This document shows positions 9,003 through 18,771 of a DNA stretch of 64,000 bases, one piece after another (position 1 is the first letter of the stretch; every line of letters begins with the position of its first letter). Under the pieces are notes generated by a model. It searched no databases and was not told the DNA's origin. It was given only the letters and a program-made list of their open reading frames with translations. The position numbers and the translations under genes are program-made. Origin of the DNA: Candidatus Brocadiia bacterium (GTDB taxonomy: Bacteria > Planctomycetota > Brocadiia > CAIUPP01); assembly GCA_050015075.1 (NCBI GenBank), contig JBEKCB010000011.1, positions 59,209 through 123,208 of the forward strand, written 5' to 3'.

Positions 9003-11105
9003 ATGGAGCGAATGACCCCGCAGCGAGCGAACTGGTTGAGCCTCGGCGCCGTCCTTCTCGCGGCGGCGCTCAGCGGCCGTCCAGCGGCAGCGCAGGTGGT
9101 GCGGCCGGAGTGGTGGGATGCGGCCTGGCGCTACCGCGCGCTGTTGAAAGTTCCGGCCAAGGGGCCGGGCGCTTACCGCGCGTGGATCTTCGCGGGCGAC
9201 CGCGCCAAGCCGGACGGTTCGGACATCCGCGTGGTCGCTCCGATGGGCCGGGTCGTGGATTTCGCCGTCGTCCGCTCGACGCCGTCGGGCCAGCACATGA
9301 TCGTTTTCTCGGAGCCCACAGGCGACCACGGCGGCGGAACCTACGCGGTCTACTTCGGCAATCCCGCCGCGCCCGCGGTGGAGCAGAAGCCGCCGCAGAT
9401 GGGGCTCGTGCTCAAGACGCTCGAGATGCCGCAGGGCATGAACGGCGCCACCTGGGCGGGCGTCCAGCAGTCCCTGGCCCGCGCGCGCGTCTTCGGCCTG
9501 GACTTCTGGAAGCAGGTCTTCGACGCCTACAATCCCTTCGGGCCGCAGTCCAGGTACATCAGCGTTTACGACGGCTTCCTGGAGTGCCCGAAGTCGGGCA
9601 TCTACAAGTTCGCGACGATGAGCGACGACGGCTCGTTCATGCTGGTGGACGGCGAACTCGTGGCGCAGTGGCCCGGCCAGGGGCACAACATTGACGAGTC
9701 GCGGCACGGCGAGAAGAACGGGCAGAAGAACCTGACCGCCGGCCGGCACGCCTTCCGCTACGTCGGCCTGGCGTTCGACGGCGGCCGGCGGATGGCCGCG
9801 GTGTGGATGCCGCCGGGCGGTTCCGCGTGGCAAATCATCCCGCCTTCCGCGTTTCCGTCGGTGTTCGCCGTGCCGGTGCTGGCGACCGATGACTCCACCC
9901 GGCCGATCTGCGCCGCGTTCGGCGCGGAAGAGTTCCAGTACCTCGAGTGCGGCAATGCGCGCATGGTCGCCGTGCAGTTCACCTCGGAGAGCGGCGCGCA
10001 GGCCAGCGCGCTGACCCAGTGGTTCTGGGAGTTCGGCGACGGGTTGATCAGCCGCGAACGCGACCCGATCCACGTCTACATGCTGCCGGGCCGCTACCAG
10101 GTCACGCACACGACCCACGCCGCGGACCAAAGCTCGGACAGCTTCACGCTCACCGTCGAGGTCGAGCCGCTCCGGCAGGACCAGGATTTCAGTTTCGCGC
10201 GGAGACAGCAATTCTGGTTCTGGGTCCAGGACTATCCGGTTGACAAGCTGGCGACGAAGCAGTTGCTCGCCTTCCGCTCGTTCCTGAAGGAGGTCGAGGA
10301 GCCGCGGCGGGTCTTCGATGCCGGCGTCGAGCTGGACCGGCGCCGGGCGGACCTCAGCAAGGCACAGCTCCACTCGGTGGCGCTGGACCTGGCCGAGTAT
10401 TACACCGAGCCGCTGCGCAACTGGCAGGCCGCGGAGAAGTACTACCTGCTGGCGCTCGACCAGTGCGGCCCGCAGGATATCGAGCTCCGCGCGGACATCC
10501 GGTTCAAGCTGGCGGCCCTGCATTTTTACTACGCCGGCGACGCGGCGAAGGCCGAGACGGAACTGGCCGCGCTCAGGGACGACTTGCCGAAATCGGACGC
10601 GACACGACGGCGACAAGCGGCGCTGCAAATCGGCGACATCGAACGCGACGAGGGCCACCTGGACGCGGCGCGCAAGATCTATCTCGAGGCCGAATCCGAT
10701 CCGGCCTTCCTGCCGAAGGAGCCGCGGGCCATCGCCGACGGGCGGTTCGCGCAGCAGGCCGAGGCCGAGATTCGCCAGGGCGACGGCGACGCGGCGCTCG
10801 CGCGGCTCGATGAATGGCTGTGGAACTTCCCGACGAAGCGGCTCGACGGGCCGCCGGTGGTGCTGCGGCTCAAGGCGCAGTTGCTTCGGAAGAAGTACGG
10901 CGAAGTCCGCCGGGAGGCGGCGACCTGGCTGAAATATGCGACCGACGCGGACTGCGTCCCGGAAGTCCAGGTGCTCGCCGGTCAGGCTTGCGCGGCGATG
11001 GGCGAGAAAGACGCGGCGCGGGAGTTCTTCCAGGGCGTCATCGAGAAGTGGCCGGAATCGGCCGCCGTGGCGGAAGCGAAGAGCGGGCTGGAACAGCTCA
11101 AGTGA
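9003..11105 (+). CDS. Secreted PA14 + PKD + TPR domain protein
   Basis: WWDAAWRYR N-terminal motif, PA14 SDDGSFMLVDG, PKD WEFGDG..P.HVY..PGRY.V, TPR-like C-terminus VIEKWPES. Confidence 0.7.
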   Translation: MERMTPQRANWLSLGAVLLAAALSGRPAAAQVVRPEWWDAAWRYRALLKVPAKGPGAYRAWIFAGDRAKPDGSDIRVVAPMGRVVDFAVVRSTPSGQHMIVFSEPTGDHGGGTYAVYFGNPAAPAVEQKPPQMGLVLKTLEMPQGMNGATWAGVQQSLARARVFGLDFWKQVFDAYNPFGPQSRYISVYDGFLECPKSGIYKFATMSDDGSFMLVDGELVAQWPGQGHNIDESRHGEKNGQKNLTAGRHAFRYVGLAFDGGRRMAAVWMPPGGSAWQIIPPSAFPSVFAVPVLATDDSTRPICAAFGAEEFQYLECGNARMVAVQFTSESGAQASALTQWFWEFGDGLISRERDPIHVYMLPGRYQVTHTTHAADQSSDSFTLTVEVEPLRQDQDFSFARRQQFWFWVQDYPVDKLATKQLLAFRSFLKEVEEPRRVFDAGVELDRRRADLSKAQLHSVALDLAEYYTEPLRNWQAAEKYYLLALDQCGPQDIELRADIRFKLAALHFYYAGDAAKAETELAALRDDLPKSDATRRRQAALQIGDIERDEGHLDAARKIYLEAESDPAFLPKEPRAIADGRFAQQAEAEIRQGDGDAALARLDEWLWNFPTKRLDGPPVVLRLKAQLLRKKYGEVRREAATWLKYATDADCVPEVQVLAGQACAAMGEKDAAREFFQGVIEKWPESAAVAEAKSGLEQLK

Positions 11106-11931
11106 CGCGCTGCGGTCCGCCCAGGCCGGCGGCGATCAGCGCGGCGCCGGTGGCGACGACGAACTGGGGCTCGGGCGGCACGTAGACCGGTTGGCCGAGC
11201 GCGGACTCCAGCGCCGCGCGCACTCCGGCATTCTGCGCGCCGCCTCCGGCGAAGAACAGCCCCTCGGCCGGCTCGCGCCCGCTCATCTGCCGGACCATCG
11301 TGGCGATCCGCGATGCGATCGCCGCGTGCAGCCCCGCGACGATGTCCTCCTTCTTCCTGCCCTGCGCGATGAGCGAGATGACCTCGCTTTCGGCGAACAC
11401 CGCGCAAGTCGAGTTCAGCGGCACCGGCGCTCGCGACCGGAGCGACAGGCGGCCCATCTCGGAGAGGTCCAGTTCCAGGCAGGCGGCCATGAGCGTGAGG
11501 AAGCGGCCGGTGCCCGCCGCGCACTTGTCGTTCATGGCGAAATCGGCCACGTTGCCCTCCGCGTCCAGCACGATCACCTTCGTGTCCTGGCCGCCGAGGT
11601 CCGCGACGATTCGAGCGCGGCCCCAGGGCGCGCCGAGCCAGAACGCGCCGCGCGCCACCGCGGAGATCTCCGTCACCACGTCGCCGGCGAGCCGCGTCGC
11701 CCGCCGGCCGTAGCCGGTGATGACCACGCGCGAAACGGACGCGCGGTCCGCGCCGGCCGCTTGGAGCGCTTTCGCCCATGCCGTCTCCGCGGCGAGCGCC
11801 GGGTCCGCGCCGGTCGGCGCCATCCCGCGACCGGCCACTTTGCCGCCGGCCAGGACCACCGCCTTGGCCGCAACGCTGCCGACGTCCACTCCGCAAGCCG
11901 TCAGGCCCTTCGATGTATAACCGGCGCGCAA
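11098..11931 (-). CDS. Acyl-CoA dehydratase activase (BadF/BadG/BcrA/BcrD ATPase family); start codon uncertain
   Basis: GVDVGS, TGYGR, DLGGQDTK, MNDKCAAGTGRFL, CAVFAESEVIS motifs. Confidence 0.9.
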   Translation of the reverse strand: MRAGYTSKGLTACGVDVGSVAAKAVVLAGGKVAGRGMAPTGADPALAAETAWAKALQAAGADRASVSRVVITGYGRRATRLAGDVVTEISAVARGAFWLGAPWGRARIVADLGGQDTKVIVLDAEGNVADFAMNDKCAAGTGRFLTLMAACLELDLSEMGRLSLRSRAPVPLNSTCAVFAESEVISLIAQGRKKEDIVAGLHAAIASRIATMVRQMSGREPAEGLFFAGGGAQNAGVRAALESALGQPVYVPPEPQFVVATGAALIAAGLGGPQRVT

Positions 11932-11949
11932 CGTCTTCCCTTTTTTTAT

Positions 11950-12025
11950 ATCGTACTCGTCCTCGTCGTCGTCCTCGTCCTCGAACGGCCGTTACGAACG
12001 GCCGAGGACGAGGCCGAGGACGATT
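11950..12025. repeat. Palindromic element family A (CGTCCT/AGGACG-rich arms)
   Basis: ATCGTACTCGTCCTCGTCGTCGTCCTCGTCCTC...CGAGGACGAGGCCGAGGACGATT; left arm identical to the copy at 32230. Confidence 0.85.
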
Positions 12026-12052
12026 CCTCGCGGCTTCACCGCGCCGCGCTCT

Positions 12053-12982
12053 TCAATCCGCTCTCCGTGCCGCCGCTGGGCAAAACCACTCCGCCGGGTC
12101 GAGGTCCATCGCGAAGTCCGCCGCGGGCGCGGAGTGCGTCAGCATGCCGAGCGAAATCGTGTCCACGCCGGTCGCCGCGATGTGCGCGAGCCGGTCCGGC
12201 GTCACGCCGCCGCTCGCCTCGGTGATCGGGCGGCGGGCGCCGAACTTCTTGCGATACGCGCGGACGCGCCGCGCGGCCTCGCGCATACGGGCCGGCGTCA
12301 TGTTGTCGAGCATGATGATGTCGGCCTCGGCGGTGATCGCGGCCTCGACCATCGGCAGCGACTCGACCTCGACCTCGATGAGCGTATTCCTTTCGACTCG
12401 TTCGCGCGCGCGCAGCACGGCCAGCCGGATGGCGCCGGCCCTGTCGCCACCCGCCTCGGCGAGCAGCGCGTTCAGGTGGTTGTCCTTGATCAGCACCTGG
12501 TCGTACAGCCCCATCCGGTGATTGGTCCCGCCGCCGGCGCGGACGGCGTATTTCTCCAGCGCGCGGAGGCCGGGCGTGGTCTTCCGCGTATCGAGGATCT
12601 TCACGTCGTGGCCCGCGACCGCCTCGACGCAGCGGCGGGTCAGCGTGGCGATGCCGCTGAGCCGCTGGATGAAGTTGAGCGCCGTCCGCTCGCCCGCCAG
12701 CAGCGTGCGGACCGGCCCGGCGATCTCCGCGACCTGCTGGCCGCGGCGGACTCGCCGTCCGTCGGCGGTCAGCGGCTTGAAGGACGCGCTCGGGCGAAGC
12801 TGCCGGAAGACCTCTTTCGCGACGGCCAATCCCGCCACGACGCCGGGTGCGCGGCAGACGATGAACGCGCGTCCGCGCGCCGCGCGCGGAATGAGCGCCT
12901 CGCTCGTCACGTCGCCGGAGCCGAGATCCTCCGCCAGGGCGCGCCTGACGGCTTGCCGAATCTGATCGCGCGGAAGTGTCAT
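12053..12982 (-). CDS. nadC: Nicotinate-nucleotide diphosphorylase (carboxylating)
   Basis: EDLGSGDVT, DTRKTTPG, NHRMGLYD.VLIKDNH, IMLDN, EASGG. Confidence 0.97.
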   Translation of the reverse strand: MTLPRDQIRQAVRRALAEDLGSGDVTSEALIPRAARGRAFIVCRAPGVVAGLAVAKEVFRQLRPSASFKPLTADGRRVRRGQQVAEIAGPVRTLLAGERTALNFIQRLSGIATLTRRCVEAVAGHDVKILDTRKTTPGLRALEKYAVRAGGGTNHRMGLYDQVLIKDNHLNALLAEAGGDRAGAIRLAVLRARERVERNTLIEVEVESLPMVEAAITAEADIIMLDNMTPARMREAARRVRAYRKKFGARRPITEASGGVTPDRLAHIAATGVDTISLGMLTHSAPAADFAMDLDPAEWFCPAAARRAD

Positions 12983-13165
12983 GGGCAATGGGCGACCTTA
13001 CTGAGTGTTGCGTCGAAGCGTCGGCGTTCGATATCTTCCTCTCCATATTTTACCCGCACGACCCGCCTCTTGAACAGCGACCGAAACTCGGTTATCATCA
13101 CGCAGGGTTCAAATCCAATCTTTGCCGGACAGGGCGCGGCCCTTTCTTCTGGAGGAATGACGGAA

Positions 13166-14080
13166 ATGAAGATCCACATCATGACGGACATGGAAGGCTG
13201 CGCGGGCGTCATGTGCGCGAACGAGTACATTTACTCGAACTCGAAGTATTACGAGGAGGCGCGCGACCTGGTCTCGCTGGAAGTCAGCGCGGCGGTCGAA
13301 GGCGCCCTCGAGGCGGGCGCGACGGAAGTCCTCGTCGCCGACGGGCACGGTCCGAGCGCGATCAAACGGGCGCTGCTGCACCCGCGCGCGAAACTGCTCG
13401 GCGGGCGGCCGTATTCGCCCGGCCTGCCATCGTTCGGCTGCGACGGCACCTTCGCCGCCTCCATCGTCATCGGCCAGCACGCCAAGACCAACACCGACGG
13501 CGGCCACCTCTGCCACACGATGAGTTTCGGCGTCGAGGATTACAGCCTGAACGGGCGCTCCATCGGCGAACTCGGACTGTGGATGCTGATCGCGGGCTAT
13601 TACAACGTGCCGGTCGTCATGGTCAGCGGCGACCAGGCCGCCTGCGACGAGGCGCGGTCGCTGGTGCCGAACATCGAGGTCGCGCCGGTGAAATGGGGCA
13701 TCAAGCGCGGCTCCGCGAGCGGGCTGACGAAGGAGCAGAACAGCGTTTTCAACTCCGTCGCCGTCCACCTGCACCCGAACGAGGCGAGGGCGGTGATCCG
13801 CGAGCACGTTTGCCGCGCGGTCAGGCGCATCCCTGAAATCACGCCGTTCCGGGTGGACGCGCCGTACACGTTCACGATCTCCACGCGGCCCTCAAAGGAC
13901 CGGAAGCGCGGTGAGAAAATGACGCTCAAGTCGGCCGATTTCCTGGACCTGATGGGCGGACTCAGCCGGCCGCCCAAGGCCGCGCAAAAGGCGCCCGGCC
14001 GTCCCGCGCGCTCCGCAAAGCCCGCTGCGCAGGCCAGGGCGAAGCGCTCCGCTGCGCCGAAGCGCGGCAAGAAGCGCTGA
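13166..14080 (+). CDS. dppA: M55 family D-aminopeptidase with a basic Lys/Ala/Arg tail
   Basis: MKIHIMTDMEG, VADGHG, HT, GELG, VSGD; RBS GGAGG upstream. The 648-aa ORF in the track is over-extended. Confidence 0.88.
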   Translation: MKIHIMTDMEGCAGVMCANEYIYSNSKYYEEARDLVSLEVSAAVEGALEAGATEVLVADGHGPSAIKRALLHPRAKLLGGRPYSPGLPSFGCDGTFAASIVIGQHAKTNTDGGHLCHTMSFGVEDYSLNGRSIGELGLWMLIAGYYNVPVVMVSGDQAACDEARSLVPNIEVAPVKWGIKRGSASGLTKEQNSVFNSVAVHLHPNEARAVIREHVCRAVRRIPEITPFRVDAPYTFTISTRPSKDRKRGEKMTLKSADFLDLMGGLSRPPKAAQKAPGRPARSAKPAAQARAKRSAAPKRGKKR

Positions 14081-14103
14081 AATGGCTGCCGGGAGTGACT
14101 GAC

Positions 14104-14898
14104 ATGCCTGGCCCTTCCGCGACGGACCTGATGCCGCTGATCTTCGTCGGCCACGGCAATCCGATGAATGCCGTGGCGCGGAATGCCTGGACCGACGGCT
14201 GGGCCTCGATCGGGAAGTCAATTCCGCGTCCCCAGGCGGTGCTATCCGTTTCCGCCCACTGGTATGTTTCGTCCACGGCGGTGACGGCCGGCCGCGCGCC
14301 GAAAACCATCCACGACTTCGGCGGATTCCCGCAGGAACTTTACGACATCGAATATCCCGCGCCCGGAAGTCCGAAGCTCGCGCGACGCGTCAGCGACTTG
14401 CTCGGACCGGTGTCCGCCGGGCTGGACAAAAGCTGGGGGCTCGATCATGGGACCTGGGCGGTGCTGTGTCACGTTTTCCCGAAGGCGGACGTCCCCGTCG
14501 TGCAACTGAGCATTGACCGGAGGCAGCCGCCGGAATTCCATTATGAAATCGGAAAACGGCTGGCGCCGCTGCGCGAGGAAGGCGTCCTGGTCATCGGGAG
14601 CGGCAACATCGTCCATAACCTGCATGCGTATGCGTGGGGCAGGCAGGGAATCAACCCATTCGATTGGGCGGTCCGATTCGAGAAGCGCGCGCGGGAGTTG
14701 CTGATCGAAGGAAACGATGCTGTCCTGGTCGCCTATGAGAAACTGGGCCGCGACGCGATGCTCTCAATCCCGACGCCGGACCACTACCTGCCGCTGCTGT
14801 ACGTGCTCGGCGCGCGGAGAAAAGACGAGCCGGTCCGCTTCCCGGTCGAGGGGATTGACGGCGGCTCCGTCTCCATGCTCGCCGTCCAGCTCGGCTGA
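14104..14898 (+). CDS. ygiD: 4,5-DOPA extradiol dioxygenase (LigB family)
   Basis: FVGHGNPMNA, SAHW, TIHDFGGFP, WGLDHGTW, GSGNIVHNL, PTPDHYLP. Confidence 0.93.
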   Translation: MPGPSATDLMPLIFVGHGNPMNAVARNAWTDGWASIGKSIPRPQAVLSVSAHWYVSSTAVTAGRAPKTIHDFGGFPQELYDIEYPAPGSPKLARRVSDLLGPVSAGLDKSWGLDHGTWAVLCHVFPKADVPVVQLSIDRRQPPEFHYEIGKRLAPLREEGVLVIGSGNIVHNLHAYAWGRQGINPFDWAVRFEKRARELLIEGNDAVLVAYEKLGRDAMLSIPTPDHYLPLLYVLGARRKDEPVRFPVEGIDGGSVSMLAVQLG

Positions 14899-14936
14899 CC
14901 CTGATGCAGGACGTACTGCAAGTCCAGGCTGAGTTC

Positions 14937-15479
14937 TCAGGGCGCGATCTCCCTGGCGAAGCGCCGCAACTCGGCAACGATTGAGGGAGAAGCCTCCGCG
15001 GCGCCCGCTTCCCGGGCGATGACTCGAAGGTGGCCCTGGACGTTCACGCCGTACCATCTCAACCAACTTTCGACACACGCCTCGTGCGGCTCAAATCCGG
15101 AATCGCCGGCTACGCTGACGGTGTGGCCGGTTTTGCCCGCCAGCACCCGGCCGCAGGCAAAGTAGGCGTGCGAACGATCAATCAGGTCCTTGTGCCTGCC
15201 CGGCGGCCCGAGCCAATACACCGGCGAGAACTGGATGATGATGTTGGCTGCCATGATGCGGCGCCAGAGTTCGTGAAAATCGTCGTCGCGGATCACGCAG
15301 TCTTTCAACTCCATGCACTTGCGGCACCCGAGACAGTGCTTGATGTCATAATCCTTGAGCCGCGCGACTTCGACCTCAAGCGCTGGACGCGTTCGCAATT
15401 CCTCGGCGACAACCCGCGCACAGAAGTCCGTGTTTCCGCCTTTACGAGGGCTGCAGGACAAACAGAGAACTCGCGTCAT
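14937..15479 (-). CDS. Iron-sulfur flavoprotein / flavodoxin family protein
   Basis: SPRKGGNT, CxxCxxC-x5-C..DD, SPVY. Confidence 0.85.
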   Translation of the reverse strand: MTRVLCLSCSPRKGGNTDFCARVVAEELRTRPALEVEVARLKDYDIKHCLGCRKCMELKDCVIRDDDFHELWRRIMAANIIIQFSPVYWLGPPGRHKDLIDRSHAYFACGRVLAGKTGHTVSVAGDSGFEPHEACVESWLRWYGVNVQGHLRVIAREAGAAEASPSIVAELRRFAREIAP

Positions 15480-15506
15480 GGTCAGCCTCCGGACACCGGC
15501 AATAGG

Positions 15507-16640
15507 TCAGTTGCGTTTGCCTGAAACGTGATAGTTGCGAACTCTTTTCATCAATTGGTTTGCCTGCTCAACCGAAATAGATTGTCCCACGTCGTACCAG
15601 ACGTTAGGCGGCAACGTTCCTGCATCCATGCGCGACAGGAAATCGTTCAGAGAGCACGTGGTCCGAATAGGAATATCGCCCACCGCGGCGCGCATTTTCG
15701 GCAGGTGCTCGATCTCCGGCGTTGGATCTTTGGGATCCCCGCCAAACTGGAACAGCTCCAGTCCGGGCAGCTTGGCCGCCACCGCTGCCAAGTCGGCGCG
15801 GTTGCAGTGAAAATGCAACAGGCCATGTCCGAAGTGCCGGATGAGGCGACTTTGATATTCGAATCCCAAACGCGCGTAACATTCCGGGGAACAAACAACG
15901 TAAGCATCCACGCTGAGGGAAACCGCCCTGGGAAAGGGGACCCAATCGCCCAGCCAGACAAAACAGCCGTTTCCAAAGCCGCCGATGCGCTCCATCTGGG
16001 CTTCCTGGAACCGAATGTTGAAATCAAGTCCGATTTCCATGAGTTGCCTTAGACCATCCGGATGTTCATAGATATCCAGATAGGTTTGCGTAGCGCCGCG
16101 CATTTCGCAGGCGAAATGGAGGGCGTCCATCGTCAAACATGGGTGCTGGGCAAGCAGACCGCCGGCGTGCTCCGTAAAATATTCCTGGACTGAGAGAAAT
16201 CTCCGCGTCCACGGATAGTCCAAAGAGAACCTGCAATCCGACAGGGACGAATAATCCGGCATGAGAACTTCCGGCAGACTGAAGGCCGCCTGATGCCGCC
16301 GATGCAGGAACTCCATGTCTTTGCCGAAGAGTCCGCGGATCATGCTTTCGCCGGCGTCGAGAATTGAGTAGGACACGGGCAGCCAGTCGTCCTGCACCGT
16401 GCCGCGCTTCGCCATCCCTATTGTCTCGCGATCGAAGATTTCCTCATTAGATGGAAAACCGCGGCGGCTGCCTACCTCATATACGCCCCATTTTCGGTCA
16501 AAGCGATCCCATTCATCGCGCGTGTCCACAGAGACGGAACCGAATGAGACAAGAATGCTGTCCTGCATCTCGCGTTTAAAAAACCGGGATCGCCTGTCCA
16601 ATGTCTCGTCGAGGTTGGATTTCCATTTCAGTCCCAACAT
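15507..16640 (-). CDS. Uroporphyrinogen decarboxylase / MtaA-like fold hypothetical protein
   Basis: MRG....LDIYEHP, S.D....SP.....  and LLHFHCN pattern of URO-D-like proteins; more AT-rich codon usage. Confidence 0.55.
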   Translation of the reverse strand: MLGLKWKSNLDETLDRRSRFFKREMQDSILVSFGSVSVDTRDEWDRFDRKWGVYEVGSRRGFPSNEEIFDRETIGMAKRGTVQDDWLPVSYSILDAGESMIRGLFGKDMEFLHRRHQAAFSLPEVLMPDYSSLSDCRFSLDYPWTRRFLSVQEYFTEHAGGLLAQHPCLTMDALHFACEMRGATQTYLDIYEHPDGLRQLMEIGLDFNIRFQEAQMERIGGFGNGCFVWLGDWVPFPRAVSLSVDAYVVCSPECYARLGFEYQSRLIRHFGHGLLHFHCNRADLAAVAAKLPGLELFQFGGDPKDPTPEIEHLPKMRAAVGDIPIRTTCSLNDFLSRMDAGTLPPNVWYDVGQSISVEQANQLMKRVRNYHVSGKRN

Positions 16641-16670
16641 AATGTCACTCGATGCCTCTAAGGTTGTTGA

Positions 16671-17300
16671 TTAGGTTGTGTACCTGTCCTTGAGCTTGTG
16701 CGCGGGATTGCCTATCATGACGGCATTCGGCGGCACATCCCTGACGACGATTGCGCCCATGCCGACGAAGCTGTCCTTGCCGATGCGCAGGTACTGGCGC
16801 ACGGTGCAGGCCTGGCCCAGGTAAGCGCCGGCTTCCACGTGGACGCCGCCGGCAAGGGTCACGTTGCTGCACAAGCATACGCCATCCTCCAGCACGTTGT
16901 CATGGTTGATGACGCTGCCGCTCAGGCTGAAAACGCGGTTGCCCAGGACGGCATTGTGGCCGATGAAGCAGCCGGGATAGATGACGCACGCGTTGCCGAT
17001 CTTCGCGGAACGCGAGACGAATGCAGTGGGGTCGAAGATCGCGGCGGCGCGCTCCATCGGAAACGGGTCCTTGAATTCATTGCCGATGGCCAGGGCGGCG
17101 TTGGGGTGCTTCGCCAGGTCGTCAATCGTGCCGAGGACGGGGTAGCCGGCGAGCGTCAGTCCCCGGCATTTCTCGTACCTGGTCTTCTCCGGAAAGAAGC
17201 CCAGCAGATTCCACGCCGGGCTGACGCGGTTGATGCGCTCGACGATCTCGGCCATTTCCATGGCATGGCAGCCGACACTGCAGATGATCAGGTCTTGCAT
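16671..17300 (-). CDS. NeuD/PglD-like hexapeptide sugar O-acyltransferase
   Basis: Left-handed beta-helix repeats, INHD, VGMGAIVVRDVP..VMIGNPA. Confidence 0.88.
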   Translation of the reverse strand: MQDLIICSVGCHAMEMAEIVERINRVSPAWNLLGFFPEKTRYEKCRGLTLAGYPVLGTIDDLAKHPNAALAIGNEFKDPFPMERAAAIFDPTAFVSRSAKIGNACVIYPGCFIGHNAVLGNRVFSLSGSVINHDNVLEDGVCLCSNVTLAGGVHVEAGAYLGQACTVRQYLRIGKDSFVGMGAIVVRDVPPNAVMIGNPAHKLKDRYTT

Positions 17301-17361
17301 GGCGTCGTCCTACTGAACCGGGATTTTCCACCTTCCAAAAGTGAACCGGTTTTCAAACGTG

Positions 17362-17390
17362 AGATTAGACGGTCGAGTTGCCGCTGTCAA
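17362..17390 (-). promoter_or_regulatory. Sigma70-type promoter for the acyltransferase operon
   Basis: TTGACA-17 nt-TAATCT on the minus strand. Confidence 0.5.
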
Positions 17391-17474
17391 GTCGCCTTCG
17401 GGCGGCGGCCCCGGTGCTTGCTTTGGGGCACGCAGTATGGTAGCTTTTGGCGAGGTTTATAAAAAGGACAAATT

Positions 17475-18230
17475 ATGGCAACACCGTCAAAGGAACTGCC
17501 GCTTCCGGGAGAGGTGTTCAGCGTTAAAGGTTGCACTGCGTTCCTCATTCTGCCGAAACAAGTCACCGCCGGCGGCAAGACGCCGTGGGTATGGTACGCG
17601 CCCACGCTTCCGGGCTTGCCGGGTCCGGAAGAGAAGTGGATGTTTGAGAAGTTCCTAAATGCCGGCATTGCGGTTGCCGGGATTGATGTCGGCGAATCCC
17701 ATGGCAATCCCTCAGGTCGGGCTCTATTTTCCGATTTGTACCAGGAGCTTACTTTGAAACGCGACCTCGCGAAGAAGGCCTGCCTGCTGGTGAGAAGCCG
17801 CGGCGGGTTGATGCTTTATAACTGGGCGGTTGAGCATCCGTTGTCCGTGGCGTGCGTGGCGGGAATCTATCCGGTATGCAATCTTAACACTTACCCGGGT
17901 CTCAAGAACGCATCCGCCGCATACGGCATGACCGAGGAGCAATTCAAGGCTAAAATGGCTGAGCATAATCCCATTGACCGCATAGAGCCGCTGGCTAAAG
18001 CCCATGTCCCCATCTATCATATACATGGCGATAGCGACACCGTGGTGCCTATCGAGAAGAACTCCGGCGAATTGGCGGAACGATATCGCGGATTAGGCGG
18101 AGTAATGACACTTAATGTAGTCAAAGGGCAGGGGCACAATATGTGGTCGGGCTGGTTTCAGTGTCAGGAACTCGTGGACTTCGTGATTGCTGAAGCGCAT
18201 AAAGGCAAGCCTGAAAGGGCGCCAAGGTGA
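17475..18230 (+). CDS. Alpha/beta hydrolase (S9-like)
   Basis: PWVWYAP, nucleophile elbow SRGG, HGDSDTVVP, GQGH. Confidence 0.8.
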   Translation: MATPSKELPLPGEVFSVKGCTAFLILPKQVTAGGKTPWVWYAPTLPGLPGPEEKWMFEKFLNAGIAVAGIDVGESHGNPSGRALFSDLYQELTLKRDLAKKACLLVRSRGGLMLYNWAVEHPLSVACVAGIYPVCNLNTYPGLKNASAAYGMTEEQFKAKMAEHNPIDRIEPLAKAHVPIYHIHGDSDTVVPIEKNSGELAERYRGLGGVMTLNVVKGQGHNMWSGWFQCQELVDFVIAEAHKGKPERAPR

Positions 18231-18766
18231 TACCGGAGAGGCCAGTGGAAGTCGTTCGTTACAATCCGCGCTGGCCGCAAATGTTCGAGGAACTTCAAGC
18301 CGTATTGCAGAATGCTCTCGGTATCTCATGCCGGAGAATCGAACACGTCGGAAGCACTTCCGTGCCGGGGTTGGATGCCAAGCCGATCATTGATATGGAT
18401 GCAGTCGTTGCAGCTAAGGACCTGCGCCAGGCCATAGAGATTCTCGCCCGCCTTGGCTATATTCATCAAGGCGACCTGGGTATTCATGGACGTGAGGCTT
18501 TTGCTCGCGAGACGGAGGACGTACCACATTCCGGGCGCAAACGCACGTGGCCGGCTCACCATCTCTATGTCTGTCCTGAAGACAGCCCTGAGCTGGCGCG
18601 ACACCTTGCTTTTCGCGATTGCCTGCGCGCGAATCAAGAACTCGCGACACAATACGGCACGCTGAAATCCGATCTGGCGAAACGATATAAGTCGGATCGA
18701 GAAGCCTATACGCTTGCCAAGACAGACTTCATTGAAAACGCATTACGCGTCAAGTGTGTCTCTTAG
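18227..18766 (+). CDS. GrpB family protein (UPF0157)
   Basis: IEHVGSTSVPGLDAKPIID, HLAFRD.LR, Y..LK, YT.AK. Confidence 0.9.
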   Translation: MIPERPVEVVRYNPRWPQMFEELQAVLQNALGISCRRIEHVGSTSVPGLDAKPIIDMDAVVAAKDLRQAIEILARLGYIHQGDLGIHGREAFARETEDVPHSGRKRTWPAHHLYVCPEDSPELARHLAFRDCLRANQELATQYGTLKSDLAKRYKSDREAYTLAKTDFIENALRVKCVS

Positions 18767-18771
18767 TGGGT

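Noticed and set aside
12134-13165. N-terminal extension of the 648-aa ORF
   Set aside because: Overlaps nadC antisense; the real M55 peptidase starts at 13166 after GGAGG.
13960-14080. Histone-like basic tail on DppA (also on hemerythrin)
   Set aside because: Basic low-complexity tails are common in GC-rich genomes; no evidence of function.
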